Positions 37,333-46,653 of a DNA stretch of 64,000 bases are shown here, piece after piece. Numbering within the stretch: position 1 is the stretch's first letter; the number at the start of each line of letters is the position of its first letter. The stretch comes from Vicinamibacteria bacterium (GTDB lineage: Bacteria; Acidobacteriota; Vicinamibacteria; Fen-336), in contig JAMPXO010000012.1 in the NCBI GenBank assembly GCA_023701125.1, positions 2,130 to 66,129 of the forward strand. The letters run 5' to 3'. A program made the translations under genes and the position numbers. The notes under the pieces are model-generated. The model searched no databases. It was given only the letters and a program-made list of their open reading frames with translations, and had not been told where the DNA came from.

Positions 37333-38133
37333 TCAGGGCCCCACGGCCTGGAGCACGGCCTGCTTCAGCGCCCCGTTGACCTTGACGCCCTTCGCCTCGG
37401 CCTGCAGCAGCACGGCGCGGGCGAGCAGCGGCTGGCCGGCGTCGAGGTAGAGGCTCGCCAGATTGTTGATGGCCTCGGCGTGGTCCGGCTTGGCCGCAAT
37501 CGCCCTGCGATAGCGCTCCGCGGCCTCCTCGCGCTGGCCGAGCCGGAGCAGGATGTTGCCGCCGAAAAAATCATAGTCGGGGGGCAGGCCGGACGCCCCC
37601 ACGCCCGGCAACTCGCCGAGTTCGCGTTGGAGGTCGCCCCGGTCCCGCTCGGCGGTGTCGATCCGTTCCTGGAGTTCCTGTCGCTGTCCGTCGCTCGTGG
37701 CCTGGGCCTGGGCACTGCGCATCTGGTCGGTGCGCACGCGCTCGCTGTCGAGGTACTTCTGGAGTTCCTCCTTGCGCGCGCGCTCGGCGTCACCCTGGAG
37801 CGCTGCGGCGGCCAGCAGGGCCTGCTCGGCGCGCGCCATGTGCTGGGCGGCCTGGGCGTAGTTCTTCTGGTGGTAGGCGACCTTGGCCCGCAGGAAATGT
37901 GCGTCGGGGTAGTCCGGCCACAACCGCAGGGCCGCGTCCAGCGCCTCCAGCGTGGGCTCGATCTCGCGTCGCTCGAAGGCCTCGAGAGCCTTTCCGTGTT
38001 GGAGGCGGGCCGCCCGCACGGCTTGCACCGTAAGGGTGTCCGCCTGCACCGGCTCGCCCGGTCCGAAGGCGAGCACGCTGAGCAGCACCGCTCCGCAGAC
38101 CAGCCCCAGAAACCAGCGACCACTTGTGGCCAT
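37333..38133 (-). CDS. Secreted TPR/coiled-coil protein (paralogue B)
   Basis: At least about 60% aa identity by eye to 33729-34535, with long identical blocks. ATG 38133 precedes the signal peptide. Confidence 0.8.
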   Translation of the reverse strand: MATSGRWFLGLVCGAVLLSVLAFGPGEPVQADTLTVQAVRAARLQHGKALEAFERREIEPTLEALDAALRLWPDYPDAHFLRAKVAYHQKNYAQAAQHMARAEQALLAAAALQGDAERARKEELQKYLDSERVRTDQMRSAQAQATSDGQRQELQERIDTAERDRGDLQRELGELPGVGASGLPPDYDFFGGNILLRLGQREEAAERYRRAIAAKPDHAEAINNLASLYLDAGQPLLARAVLLQAEAKGVKVNGALKQAVLQAVGP

Positions 38134-38389
38134 CAGGGACTCTCCCCCAAACCGCCGACTGCGACGGCATCCAGCCCGGCGAGTCAGTGCTGCAGGACGC
38201 AAGCGGATCAACATGGGGACACCTCTACTCGAAACCTGCGAGAGCGTGGAGCAGACTCCGTGCCACCCGGCCGGCCTCGTGCCATCAACGAGTTGCAGTC
38301 ATCGCTGCGGCGATCCGTCGCCTGTGGGAGACGGCGTGTGTCCTCGGGTCGAGCAAGGCTGGCGCGCACGGGGGGCCTCAAGCTGTCGC

Positions 38390-38620
38390 GGCAGGCATCC
38401 GCGAGCGATAGCGGTGGGCGTAGCTCCGCGTCAGCTCGGCGCCGGAGAAGAAGATCAGCGACGAGTAGTGGACCGAGAGAGGAGCAGGACGACGGACCCC
38501 GCGCGCCATACGCGGAGGCGACGCCGGTGGTGCCGAGGAAGGCCCCGATCGCGAACTTGTCGGCCGTGAACCGGACGGCCCGCGGATGTAGGCGCCGACG
38601 ATCGGCTCCAGGTTCATCCA
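38390..38620 (-). pseudogene. Frameshifted remnant of a YihY/BrkB (RNase BN-like) membrane protein C-terminus
   Basis: Two minus frames together read ...EPIVGAYIRGP / AVRFTADKFAIGAFLGTTGVASAYGARG / LSVHYSSLIFFSGAELTRSYAH. The last block resembles the conserved YihY C-terminal W.Y.S..I.L.GAE motif. No intact ORF is present. Confidence 0.35.
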
Positions 38621-38711
38621 TCACGCGGGCCAGGCGGATGTGATGCGAGCGAGGACCACGGAGAACAGGGCGACCCGCCGAGGAATGTGGCCCGAGGCGG
38701 GAGAGGGCGCC

Positions 38712-38746
38712 GCAGAAACGACAAGGGGGCCGCTTTCGCGACCCCT
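38712..38746 (-). terminator. Intrinsic terminator after tRNA-fMet
   Basis: Minus-strand RNA folds as GGGGUCGC-GAAA-GCGGCCCC (8 bp including one G.U, GAAA tetraloop), followed by UUGUCGUUUCUG. Confidence 0.55.
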
Positions 38747-38777
38747 CTATCCGACTGGGTTCTGCTGATGATGGCGT

Positions 38778-38854
<77 letters not shown>

Positions 38855-38872
38855 ACAGATGACTCCTGAAAT

Positions 38873-41197
38873 TTAACCGGGCGGGAGCTCGCTGTCAACC
38901 ACCGTGGGCGGATCGTCCGGCAGCGCGTAGAGGCCGCCCTCGTCGTACACCAGCTTCCAGGCGGGCAGCAGGTCCAGCTTGCCGGCCAGGATCAGCGACG
39001 CGAGCGGGCCGCGCACATAGCGGTCGACCGTGCGCTGGGCCTCGTGCACGCCCTGCTCCAGGCTCCACGCCTGCCCGCAGACGAAGTCGAACGCCGCCGC
39101 CTCCAGCCGCAAGGCCGTCTCGTACTTGACCTGGAGCTCGAGCTCGATCGCATCGATCAGCCGGCGCACGACCAGGGCGGCGTCTTCGGGGCCGAGCGGA
39201 GCGAACTCGACCCGCTCGTCGATCCGGTCGAGGAGTTCCCTGGGCGCTGCCCCCGCAGCGGCCCCCAGGTGGGAGGTCATCACGATCACCGCGTGGCGCG
39301 CGTCGGCCGTGCGGCCGGCGCCGTCGGTCAGCCGGCCCTCGGCGAACAACGGCAGGCACGCCTCGAGCACCCGTGGGTGCGCCTTCTCCACCTCGTCGAG
39401 GAGCACGAGCGACCACGGGTTGCGGCGCAGGCCACCGGTGAGCTGGCCTTCGTCGGCCGGGCCGGCGTCACCGGGCGGCGCGCCGATCAGGCGCGACACC
39501 GAGTGCTCTTCCTGGTACTCCGCCATGTCGAGGCGCAACAGCCGCTCGCCGTCGTCGAACACGAACTGCGAGAGCAGCTTGGCCATCTCCGTCTTGCCGG
39601 TGCCCGAGGGGCCGCAGAAGTGCATCACGGCCAGCGGGCCGTTCTCGCGGCGCTCGCCCGAGAAGGCCAGCCGCACGCGGCGGGCGACCTGGTCGATGGC
39701 GGCCTTCTGGCCGACGAGATGGGAGGCGAGGAACGCCTCCAGCTCCAGCAACCGCGAGTGGTCGCCTTCGCCCAGCGCCAGCAGCACGCGGTCGACGGCC
39801 AGCCCGCGCTTCTGGGCCAGGACCTCGGCCACCTGGTGCGCGGTGACCTTGACCGTGCCCGCGGGCGCCGCTGCGTCGGTGCCGAGGCCGGGCTGTGGCA
39901 CCCGCGCGTGCGCGCAGGCCTTGTCGGCCACGTCGACGGCCTTGTCGGGCCAGCGGTGCTCGGGGTCGAAGCGGGCCGTCAGGTCGACCGCGGCGGCCAG
40001 CGCGGCCTCGTCGATCTCGACGCCGTGGTTCTCCTGCCACCGGCTGCGCCAGCCGCGCAGGATGGCGAGCGTCTCCTCGCGGGTGGGCTCGCCCACCGCC
40101 ACCTTCTCGAAACAGCGAGCGAGAGCGGAATCGGCCTCCACCTGTCCGGCGTACTCGTCGGCCGTCGTGGCGCCGATGCAGGAGATCTCGCCGCGGGCGA
40201 GGGCCGGCGTCAGCAGGTTGGCCGCGTCCGGGCTGCCGCGCCCCGTGGCCCCCGCGGCGACGACCGTGTGCAACTCGTCGAAGAACAGGATCACATCGGG
40301 GTTGGCACGGGCTTCCGCCAGCAGCGCCAGCAGCCGCTCCTCGAACTCGCCGCGGTCGGCGCCAGCCAGCAGGGCGCCCATCGGCACCTCCACGATGCGC
40401 CGGCCCTCGAGTGCCGCGTCCTTGCCGGACGCGATGCGGAGCGCGAGGCCCTCGACGACGGCCGTCTTGCCGACGCCGGCTTCGCCGACCAGCACCGGGT
40501 TGCGGCTGCCGGCCCGGGACAGGGCCTCGATCACCGCCAGCATCTCGGCGCGGCGGCCGAACACGGGGGGCAACTCGCCGCGACGCGCCAGCGCCGTGAG
40601 GTCGCGGCCGAAGCGGTCCAGCATCGGCGTCGCCCCGCGCACCGCGGCGGCGACCGCGACCGCGGCCCCGGCCTGCGCCACCGGCGGCGCGGCGAAGAAG
40701 CCCGCGACCGCCTGTAGCGCGCCGGCGTGCAGCGTGGGCACCTGGGCGCCGAGATCGACGAACAGCTTGAACGTCAGCGGGTCGGCCCCCTCGGCCATCG
40801 CGGCCACGAGGTGCAGGCCCGAGAGCCGCGGCGCCTCGGCCGCGAGCGCCTCCGCCGCCTGGAACAGCGCCTTGGTGACGAGGCTGCGGCTCATCGCGCC
40901 GCTCGGCTGCCTGGCGAGCGCACCCTGGCCGACGCGGTCACGCGCGAGCCGCCGCATCCTGGTGGCGTCGAGGGCGGCGGCCCGCATCACCTGGCCGAGC
41001 AGCGCCTCTTCGCGCGCAACCTCGGCGAGGGTCTGGCTGTCGAGGCCCAACTCGACCGGCTGCAGCTTGACCACCTTCTCGAGGCTCAACAGGCCCATCA
41101 GCAGGTGGGCGGGCTCGATCTTCTCGTGGCGGGAAGCGGCGGCCTCGCCGGCGGCGATCCGCCAGGCCAGCTCCGCGCCCGGGGTCAGCTTCATCAA
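38873..41197 (-). CDS. Clp/Hsp100-family double-ring AAA+ ATPase with non-canonical pore loops
   Basis: Clp_N repeats; D1 Walker A GEAGVGKT and Walker B ILFFDELH; D2 Walker A GPSGTGKT and Walker [10 protein letters not shown]. The pore loops read GADRGEFEE (canonical AKYRGEFEE) and GAPPGDAGP (canonical GAPPGYVGY). There is no M-domain-length insert and no obvious IGF/L loop. Confidence 0.9.
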   Translation of the reverse strand: MMKLTPGAELAWRIAAGEAAASRHEKIEPAHLLMGLLSLEKVVKLQPVELGLDSQTLAEVAREEALLGQVMRAAALDATRMRRLARDRVGQGALARQPSGAMSRSLVTKALFQAAEALAAEAPRLSGLHLVAAMAEGADPLTFKLFVDLGAQVPTLHAGALQAVAGFFAAPPVAQAGAAVAVAAAVRGATPMLDRFGRDLTALARRGELPPVFGRRAEMLAVIEALSRAGSRNPVLVGEAGVGKTAVVEGLALRIASGKDAALEGRRIVEVPMGALLAGADRGEFEERLLALLAEARANPDVILFFDELHTVVAAGATGRGSPDAANLLTPALARGEISCIGATTADEYAGQVEADSALARCFEKVAVGEPTREETLAILRGWRSRWQENHGVEIDEAALAAAVDLTARFDPEHRWPDKAVDVADKACAHARVPQPGLGTDAAAPAGTVKVTAHQVAEVLAQKRGLAVDRVLLALGEGDHSRLLELEAFLASHLVGQKAAIDQVARRVRLAFSGERRENGPLAVMHFCGPSGTGKTEMAKLLSQFVFDDGERLLRLDMAEYQEEHSVSRLIGAPPGDAGPADEGQLTGGLRRNPWSLVLLDEVEKAHPRVLEACLPLFAEGRLTDGAGRTADARHAVIVMTSHLGAAAGAAPRELLDRIDERVEFAPLGPEDAALVVRRLIDAIELELQVKYETALRLEAAAFDFVCGQAWSLEQGVHEAQRTVDRYVRGPLASLILAGKLDLLPAWKLVYDEGGLYALPDDPPTVVDSELPPG

Positions 41198-41315
41198 GAT
41201 CTAGCTCCTCAAGGGCTCCCGGCAGGCACCTTTCGTCTGCCAGAGCTTGCCATGCCGCGGGCACACCGCAAGCCCCCCTTCGAATCCAGGTGAGCGTCTC
41301 GGCCTCGACGCCACG

Positions 41316-42035
41316 TCAGGCACCCTCGGACTCGACGCCCGGGGCGACCGGGGCGAAGGCCGTGGTCTGCGCGGTGAGCAGCTCCGCGTCGAGCGACGGC
41401 GTCGCCGCCGGGCCGCGCGGCGGCAGCGTGACTTCGCGGTCCCCCTCTTCGAGCTCCACCCTGTACACGGCGGCGCCGAAGGCCAGCCGGTCGCCATCCG
41501 CGAGGCGCGCGTGGGAAACCAGCGCACCGTTGACGCGGGTGCCGTTGGCCGAGCCGAGGTCCTCGACGGTCACCGCGTCGAAGCCGCGGACCACGCGGGC
41601 GTGGCGCTTGGAGGCCGTCGGGTCGGCGAGCACGACCTGGGCGTCGACGGCCCGGCCGCACACGTTCTCGCCGGGCACGAGGGCGACGCGGGTCCCGCCC
41701 GACTCGACGCGCAGCCAGGCGCTGCACACGCCGCGGCGGCGCTCGGGGCCCTGCTCCTCGACCAGCAGCACCAGCCGCGTCGAGCCGAGCGCGAGCACGT
41801 CGAGGTGCCGCACCGGGCTGAGGGCGGTGGGCCGTCCGTTCACCCGCAAGCCGCCGCCCAGGTCGTGGGCGACGATCCGCCCGCCGTCGCGGACGAGGCG
41901 CAGGTGGCGAGCCTCCAGCCCGGGCAGCGACAACTCGAGGTCGGCGCCCGGCCCGGCGCCGACCACGCAATCGTCCAACTCGGGCACCTCGGCCCGCGCG
42001 AGCCCGCCGTCTGCGCGGCGGCCGACCAGTTCCAT
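41316..42035 (-). CDS. Protein with two FHA domains
   Basis: The second domain has the canonical GR...SKRHARV...DLGSANGTRVNG pattern. The first is degenerate (GAG...ARHLRL...DLGGGLRVNG). Start is ATG 42035 inside a longer shadow ORF. Confidence 0.85.
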   Translation of the reverse strand: MELVGRRADGGLARAEVPELDDCVVGAGPGADLELSLPGLEARHLRLVRDGGRIVAHDLGGGLRVNGRPTALSPVRHLDVLALGSTRLVLLVEEQGPERRRGVCSAWLRVESGGTRVALVPGENVCGRAVDAQVVLADPTASKRHARVVRGFDAVTVEDLGSANGTRVNGALVSHARLADGDRLAFGAAVYRVELEEGDREVTLPPRGPAATPSLDAELLTAQTTAFAPVAPGVESEGA

Positions 42036-42051
42036 TCTCACGGCCCGACCC

Positions 42052-43113
42052 TCAGAGGACGCCGCGGGGATGATACCGATGGCACGCCGCGCAGTCGCGT
42101 ACCGCCGGCTCCCTGCGGTGGCAGTCGAGGCAGCCGGCCGGGTCCGGTCGCGGCAGCGGCAGGGCTGTCGCGGCGGCCACGTCCCCGTGGCAACTCGCGC
42201 AGGCCTGCGGGTGCCGCCCGTGGTCGAAACGGGCGACGAGACTGCGGCCCGCGCCTGCTGCGAAGCGGCCGCGCTCGGCGCCGGGGTGACAGCGCAGGCA
42301 GGGCGCCGCCAGCGCCCGCGCGGTGGTGACGGCCTCGCGCGCGACGGCCCGCTCGAGGTTGAACAGCAACCACGGATCGCGGTGACCGATCTGCGCGAAG
42401 ACCGTGCGGTCGTCCGCTTCCACCTCGGTCGCAATCGCCATCTCCAGGCCCGCCGCCTCCAGTTCCTGCGGCAGTACGACCGCGGCCCGCGGCACGGAGA
42501 CTGCGCCGAGCGGACCCTCGGGCGCATGACAACCCGCGCAGGCGTCGAAGCGCGGGCGGGCGAGGCGGGCGCGCGGACCGTGGCAGGCCTCGCAGGCCGC
42601 CTCCCCCGTCCGCCCCTCGCGACGGAGTTCGTCGAGGTGCCGCGCGTGGGAGAAGGCGAGGTCGAGCGAGCGCGCGGCCTGCGCGCGCGGGAGCGGCAGC
42701 GGATGGACGTCGAGCGAATCGAAGTGGCAGGTCGCGCAACGGTCGTCGGCGACCGGCGGCGACGGCGACCCGCGATGTTCGCCGTGGCAGGTCGCGCACC
42801 CGGCCGGAGCCTGCGCCGCGTGCGCGGTCGCGGCGAAGCGCTGGCCGTCGCCCGCGGCGTGGCAGCGCGCGCAGCCCGCGTCGCCGCGCCCGCGCGCGTG
42901 GCAATCCGCGCAACGGGTCGCCGCCGTCACATGGGGAGCGGCGAGCGGCCCGGGACTGAGCGGGCTGGGGCCGCCGGCGAGGTGCAGCAGCGCAGCCGCG
43001 GCTGCCGTCACCAGCGCCGCACCGCCCACTCGCCACAAGCCGCGGCCGGCGCCTGCAGCCACCAGCGGTCGCCGCGAGCGCGCACCGCTGCCCCACACGG
43101 GCGTGCGCGCCAT
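42052..43113 (-). CDS. Decahaem c-type cytochrome (c3/c7-like), N-terminally anchored
   Basis: Ten CxxCH motifs: CADCH, CARCH, CATCH x2, CEACH, CAGCH, CLRCH, CASCH, CLDCH, CAACH. F.H..H blocks and an N-terminal hydrophobic segment are present. The start overlaps the upstream stop (TGATG). Confidence 0.85.
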   Translation of the reverse strand: MARTPVWGSGARSRRPLVAAGAGRGLWRVGGAALVTAAAAALLHLAGGPSPLSPGPLAAPHVTAATRCADCHARGRGDAGCARCHAAGDGQRFAATAHAAQAPAGCATCHGEHRGSPSPPVADDRCATCHFDSLDVHPLPLPRAQAARSLDLAFSHARHLDELRREGRTGEAACEACHGPRARLARPRFDACAGCHAPEGPLGAVSVPRAAVVLPQELEAAGLEMAIATEVEADDRTVFAQIGHRDPWLLFNLERAVAREAVTTARALAAPCLRCHPGAERGRFAAGAGRSLVARFDHGRHPQACASCHGDVAAATALPLPRPDPAGCLDCHRREPAVRDCAACHRYHPRGVL

Positions 43114-43826
43114 CAGTAGATCCAGAAGCTCGAGCCGTGCACGGCCGCGAGCCCGATCAGGGCGCCGGAGACGAGCGCGTGGGCCAGCCGGGCAAGGCCC
43201 AGCGCCCCCTCGAGCCCGTGCTGCGTGTCGAGCTCCAGCTTCTCGCGGAGCAGGGTGCGCAGGTCGTCGAGCGTTTCCCGCTCGAGGTCCGTGACCGCAG
43301 GCCACGCGGCTTCGATCGCGGCCACGGGCGCGGCCACTTCGGCGGGTGCGGGCGGGCGCAGGCGGACGCGTAGCGCCGCGAGCTGCGGCGCGACGCCGGT
43401 GTCGAAGGCCTGGCGCGCGGCGGGCGGAAAGCCGGCGGCCAGCGTCCTCGCCTCCTCGGCGAGTTGTGCGACCCGGGCGGGGACGAGGGCCGCGGGCTCG
43501 CTGACCCGCAGGCGCTCGGTGAGCAGGCGCGGGATCTGCTTCACCAGGAGTTCGATCAACGCGGCCGAGGCCAGCGACAGCACGAGCAGCGAGAGCAGCA
43601 CGAGGCCCGTGCTCCCCCGCGGCCAGCGGGCGCCGACGTGGATGCAGGCGAGCACGAGCGCGAGCCCGCCGATCGCCCGGTGCGCGCGCAGCCAGGCGGA
43701 GGCCCGGAAGCCCGGTCGCAGCCGGTCCGGCAGGCGCACCAGCAGGCGATGGGCGGGAAACAGGGCGGCCGCGACGAACGCGAGCAGCGTCGCGAGGCCC
43801 ACCCACCCGGTCGCGCCGTGCGGCAT
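43113..43826 (-). CDS. His-rich polytopic membrane protein (possible b-type haem anchor)
   Basis: 3-4 TM helices carry conserved-looking His residues (FPAH, RAHRAIG, ACIHVG, AAVHG). TGATG overlaps occur at both ends. I recognise no family. Confidence 0.6.
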   Translation of the reverse strand: MPHGATGWVGLATLLAFVAAALFPAHRLLVRLPDRLRPGFRASAWLRAHRAIGGLALVLACIHVGARWPRGSTGLVLLSLLVLSLASAALIELLVKQIPRLLTERLRVSEPAALVPARVAQLAEEARTLAAGFPPAARQAFDTGVAPQLAALRVRLRPPAPAEVAAPVAAIEAAWPAVTDLERETLDDLRTLLREKLELDTQHGLEGALGLARLAHALVSGALIGLAAVHGSSFWIY

Positions 43827-45346
43827 CAGAAGCGGCTCCCGAACGCACGCGCCGCGCCGGCGCGGTCGCGGGCCGAGAGCCGGATCGACGACTCGTGCGG
43901 ACAGGCCTGCACGCAGGCGGGCCCCTCGCGCCGGCCCGCACACAAGTCACACTTGACCGCGCGCTCCTGGGCGCTGCCGTCGCTGCGGGCGCCGGCCTCG
44001 ACCATCAGCACGTTGCCCCACGGGCAGCCCTGCGCACAGTTGCCGCAGCCGATGCACGACGCCGCCGCGATCGTCACCTCGAGCGCGCCCCAGTCGCGGG
44101 TGATGGCGCCGGTCGGGCAGTCGAGCATGCACACCGGGTCGGTGCACTGGTGGCAGGCCGTGGGCACCAGCCAGCGGCCGAGGCGCTTGCCCTGGCGCAC
44201 GAAGCGCGGCACCCCGTCGTGGGAGTCGGCGCAGGCCGTCACGCAGGCGTCGCAGCGGGTGCAGGTCGCGAGGTCGATCAGCAGCGCGCTCTCGCCGTGG
44301 ACGAGCCCGGCCTCGCGCAGCGCGTCCATGGCCTGGGCCAGGCCGGGATCGGAGAGCGCTTCGCCGCGCTGCTCGAGGCGGGCGACGCCCGCGTCCCACA
44401 GCGCCTGTTCGACCTGGGGGTCGAGCGCGATCGCATCCAGCACGTCCGCGCGCGCCAGCCGCACCAGCTCCACGTGATCGAGCGCGTGCAGCTCGAACGG
44501 CCACGGCGTGGCGAGCAGCAGGCCGGCCTCGCCTGCGACGTCGCCGGCGCGCAGGTAGGTGACGACGCGCGGCCCGTCGGGCGCCGCGACGCCCACCTGG
44601 ACCAGTCCCCCGCGGACCAGCAGCAGCTCGCGCGCGGGGTCGCCTTCGGCCGCGATGCGCTGGCCGGGCTCGAACGAGCAGAGCTCGGCGCGCGCCGCCA
44701 GCGCCGCGACCCGCTCGTCGGGCAGGCCCGCGAACAGCGGTACCCCGCGCAGATGGCGGCCGAGGGCGCGCTCGCGGTAGCGGGCGTCGACGAAGGCGCG
44801 GAACGACGGGGCCGCGGCCAACAGCATGCGCAGCGCGGGCAGCTTGAGCAGCAGCACGCGCGTCGCCGACCGCGCGCGCACCGACGCGGAGACCGGGTAG
44901 CGCGAGAGCGCGGCCAGTTCGCCGAACACCTCGCCGGGCCCGAGCGCCTTTCGCGACGGGGCTTCGACGGGAGGCGCCCCGCGCCCGACCCAGGTCCGCC
45001 CGCCGGCATCGACTGCGGCACTGGCGTCGCCGTGACGGACCACGACGGGTCGCGCCTCCGCCACGGAGTAAGCCCCGAGCACGACCTCGACCTCGCCCTC
45101 CATGACGTAGAAGGCCGTGTCGGAGTACTCGCCCTCGCGGAGGATCTCCTCTCCGGCCGGGAACCGTGCGGTGCGCAGCCGCGGCAGCACCTTCTCCAGC
45201 AGCCGCTGCCGGGCCCGCTCGGGCACGGCGCTGAACAGCGGCAGCCCGGCCAGCTCCTCGAGCCGGGCGGGCGCCTGCAACTGCAGCCGCCGCTCGTGGC
45301 GGCGGCGCAGCGCGTCGCGATCGGGCGCCGGCGCCTCGGGCTGCAT
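43826..45346 (-). CDS. Fusion of two cyclic-nucleotide-binding (CAP-like) domains to a 4x[4Fe-4S] DmsB/NrfC/PsrB-type ferredoxin domain
   Basis: Two cNMP blocks (GEVFGELAAL, GDVAGEAGLL). Four Cys clusters follow: CTRCDACVTAC; CHQCTDPVCMLDCP; CIGCGNCAQGCP; CDLC...CVQACP. No Tat or Sec signal is visible. Confidence 0.85.
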   Translation of the reverse strand: MQPEAPAPDRDALRRRHERRLQLQAPARLEELAGLPLFSAVPERARQRLLEKVLPRLRTARFPAGEEILREGEYSDTAFYVMEGEVEVVLGAYSVAEARPVVVRHGDASAAVDAGGRTWVGRGAPPVEAPSRKALGPGEVFGELAALSRYPVSASVRARSATRVLLLKLPALRMLLAAAPSFRAFVDARYRERALGRHLRGVPLFAGLPDERVAALAARAELCSFEPGQRIAAEGDPARELLLVRGGLVQVGVAAPDGPRVVTYLRAGDVAGEAGLLLATPWPFELHALDHVELVRLARADVLDAIALDPQVEQALWDAGVARLEQRGEALSDPGLAQAMDALREAGLVHGESALLIDLATCTRCDACVTACADSHDGVPRFVRQGKRLGRWLVPTACHQCTDPVCMLDCPTGAITRDWGALEVTIAAASCIGCGNCAQGCPWGNVLMVEAGARSDGSAQERAVKCDLCAGRREGPACVQACPHESSIRLSARDRAGAARAFGSRF

Positions 45347-45363
45347 CGGGGGGAGTACGGCCG

Positions 45364-45395
45364 CGCCCCGCGCTGCGGTTTCCGCGCGCGGGGCG
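45364..45395 (-). terminator. GC-rich hairpin after ispH (14 bp with one bulge, 3-nt loop)
   Basis: CGCCCCGCGC(t)GCGG-TTT-CCGCGCGCGGGGCG, read directly. There is no U-tail, so function is uncertain. Confidence 0.3.
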
Positions 45396-45400
45396 GCGGC

Positions 45401-46606
45401 CTACAACGCCACCAGCTCCGCAGCCGACTGGCCGCGCGCCGCGAGCACGCGCTCGACGACCGCGGCGACGACGGAGTTGGGGGTCGAGGCGCCAGCCGTG
45501 AGACCGACCCGCAGCGGGCCCGCGGGCAGCCAGCCCGACGTGCTCCCGATGCTGCCGTCGACCACCGCGCGGTGCGAGATGGCCTCGGCTTCGACGCAGG
45601 CCGCGGAGTCGATGTGGTAGGTCGGCACCTTGTCGGCGCACATCTTCGCCAGCGCCTGGGTGTTGCTGGAGTTGTAGCCGCCGATCACCACCATCAGGTC
45701 GACCGCCCGCTCGGCCAGCAACTGGAGGACGGCGTCCTGCCGGTCCTGGGTCGCGGAACAGATCGTGTCGAACGCGCGGAAGCGGCTGGCCAGCGCCGCC
45801 TCGCCGTGGCGGTCCTTCATCGCCTGCCGCAGCCGCTCCTGGACCTCGAGGCTCTCGCTCATCAGCATCGTGGTCTGGTTGGCGAGGCCGATCCGCTGCA
45901 GGTCGCGGTCCGGCTCGAAGCCCGGCCCCGCCGCGTGCCCCAGCTTCTCCAGCAGCGTCGCGGCCGGCAACTCGCCGCGGATGAAGGCGCAGACGAGGTC
46001 GGTCTCGGGCAGGTTGCGCACGCACAGGTACTGGCCGCCGGCGAACTCCAGCGCCTGCGAGGCCGTTGCGCGCGTCTCCTCGTGGTAGTGCTTGCCGTGG
46101 ATCACCACGGTGAAGCCGTCCTGGGCGTAGCGCTTGACGTTCTTCCAGACGTTCAGCACCGAGCCGCAGGTGGTGTCGATCAGCACGCAGCCCTTGTCGC
46201 GCAGGTGGGACAGCTCGCCCTGGGTGACGCCGAAGGCGGGCAGCAGCACGACGTCCTCGACCGTCACCGGCGCGTAGCGTTCCGCCGGCGTCGGCGCCGG
46301 GTCGAGCTGGACGTAGCCCATCGCCGCCAGTCGGGCGTTGACGTCGGGGTTGTGGATGATCTCGCCGGACAGGAACAGCCGCTTGCCGGGGAACTTCTGG
46401 CGGGTCTCGTAGGCGTACTCGACCGCCCGGTCCACGCCGTAGCAGAAGCCGAACTCGCGGGCCAGGCGCAGGGTCAGCTCTCCCGCCCGGGCCGCGTAAC
46501 CCAGCTCGCGCAGGCGGTCGACCACCCCGCTGCCGTACTCCGCCTCGAGGATCGGGGCGACCTGGGCTTTCAGGCCGAGGCCCTTCTGGAAATAGGTCTG
46601 GCTCAC
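45401..46606 (-). CDS. ispH: 4-Hydroxy-3-methylbut-2-enyl diphosphate reductase (long form)
   Basis: GFCYGVDRAV, the three Fe-S Cys regions and SSNT are present. It has an N-terminal extension like the roughly 400-aa cyanobacterial-type enzymes. GTG start. Confidence 0.93.
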   Translation of the reverse strand: MSQTYFQKGLGLKAQVAPILEAEYGSGVVDRLRELGYAARAGELTLRLAREFGFCYGVDRAVEYAYETRQKFPGKRLFLSGEIIHNPDVNARLAAMGYVQLDPAPTPAERYAPVTVEDVVLLPAFGVTQGELSHLRDKGCVLIDTTCGSVLNVWKNVKRYAQDGFTVVIHGKHYHEETRATASQALEFAGGQYLCVRNLPETDLVCAFIRGELPAATLLEKLGHAAGPGFEPDRDLQRIGLANQTTMLMSESLEVQERLRQAMKDRHGEAALASRFRAFDTICSATQDRQDAVLQLLAERAVDLMVVIGGYNSSNTQALAKMCADKVPTYHIDSAACVEAEAISHRAVVDGSIGSTSGWLPAGPLRVGLTAGASTPNSVVAAVVERVLAARGQSAAELVAL

Positions 46607-46653
46607 GGGGACTAGAATACCGTGCGCAGCCTGCTAGACTTCAAGGCTCTCGA

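Noticed and set aside
38873-42035. A type VI secretion locus (ClpV-like ATPase plus FHA protein).
   Set aside because: No TssB/C, Hcp, VgrG, TssM or other core genes are in the window. The ATPase lacks the pore-loop tyrosines expected of ClpV. The upstream partners are redox proteins.
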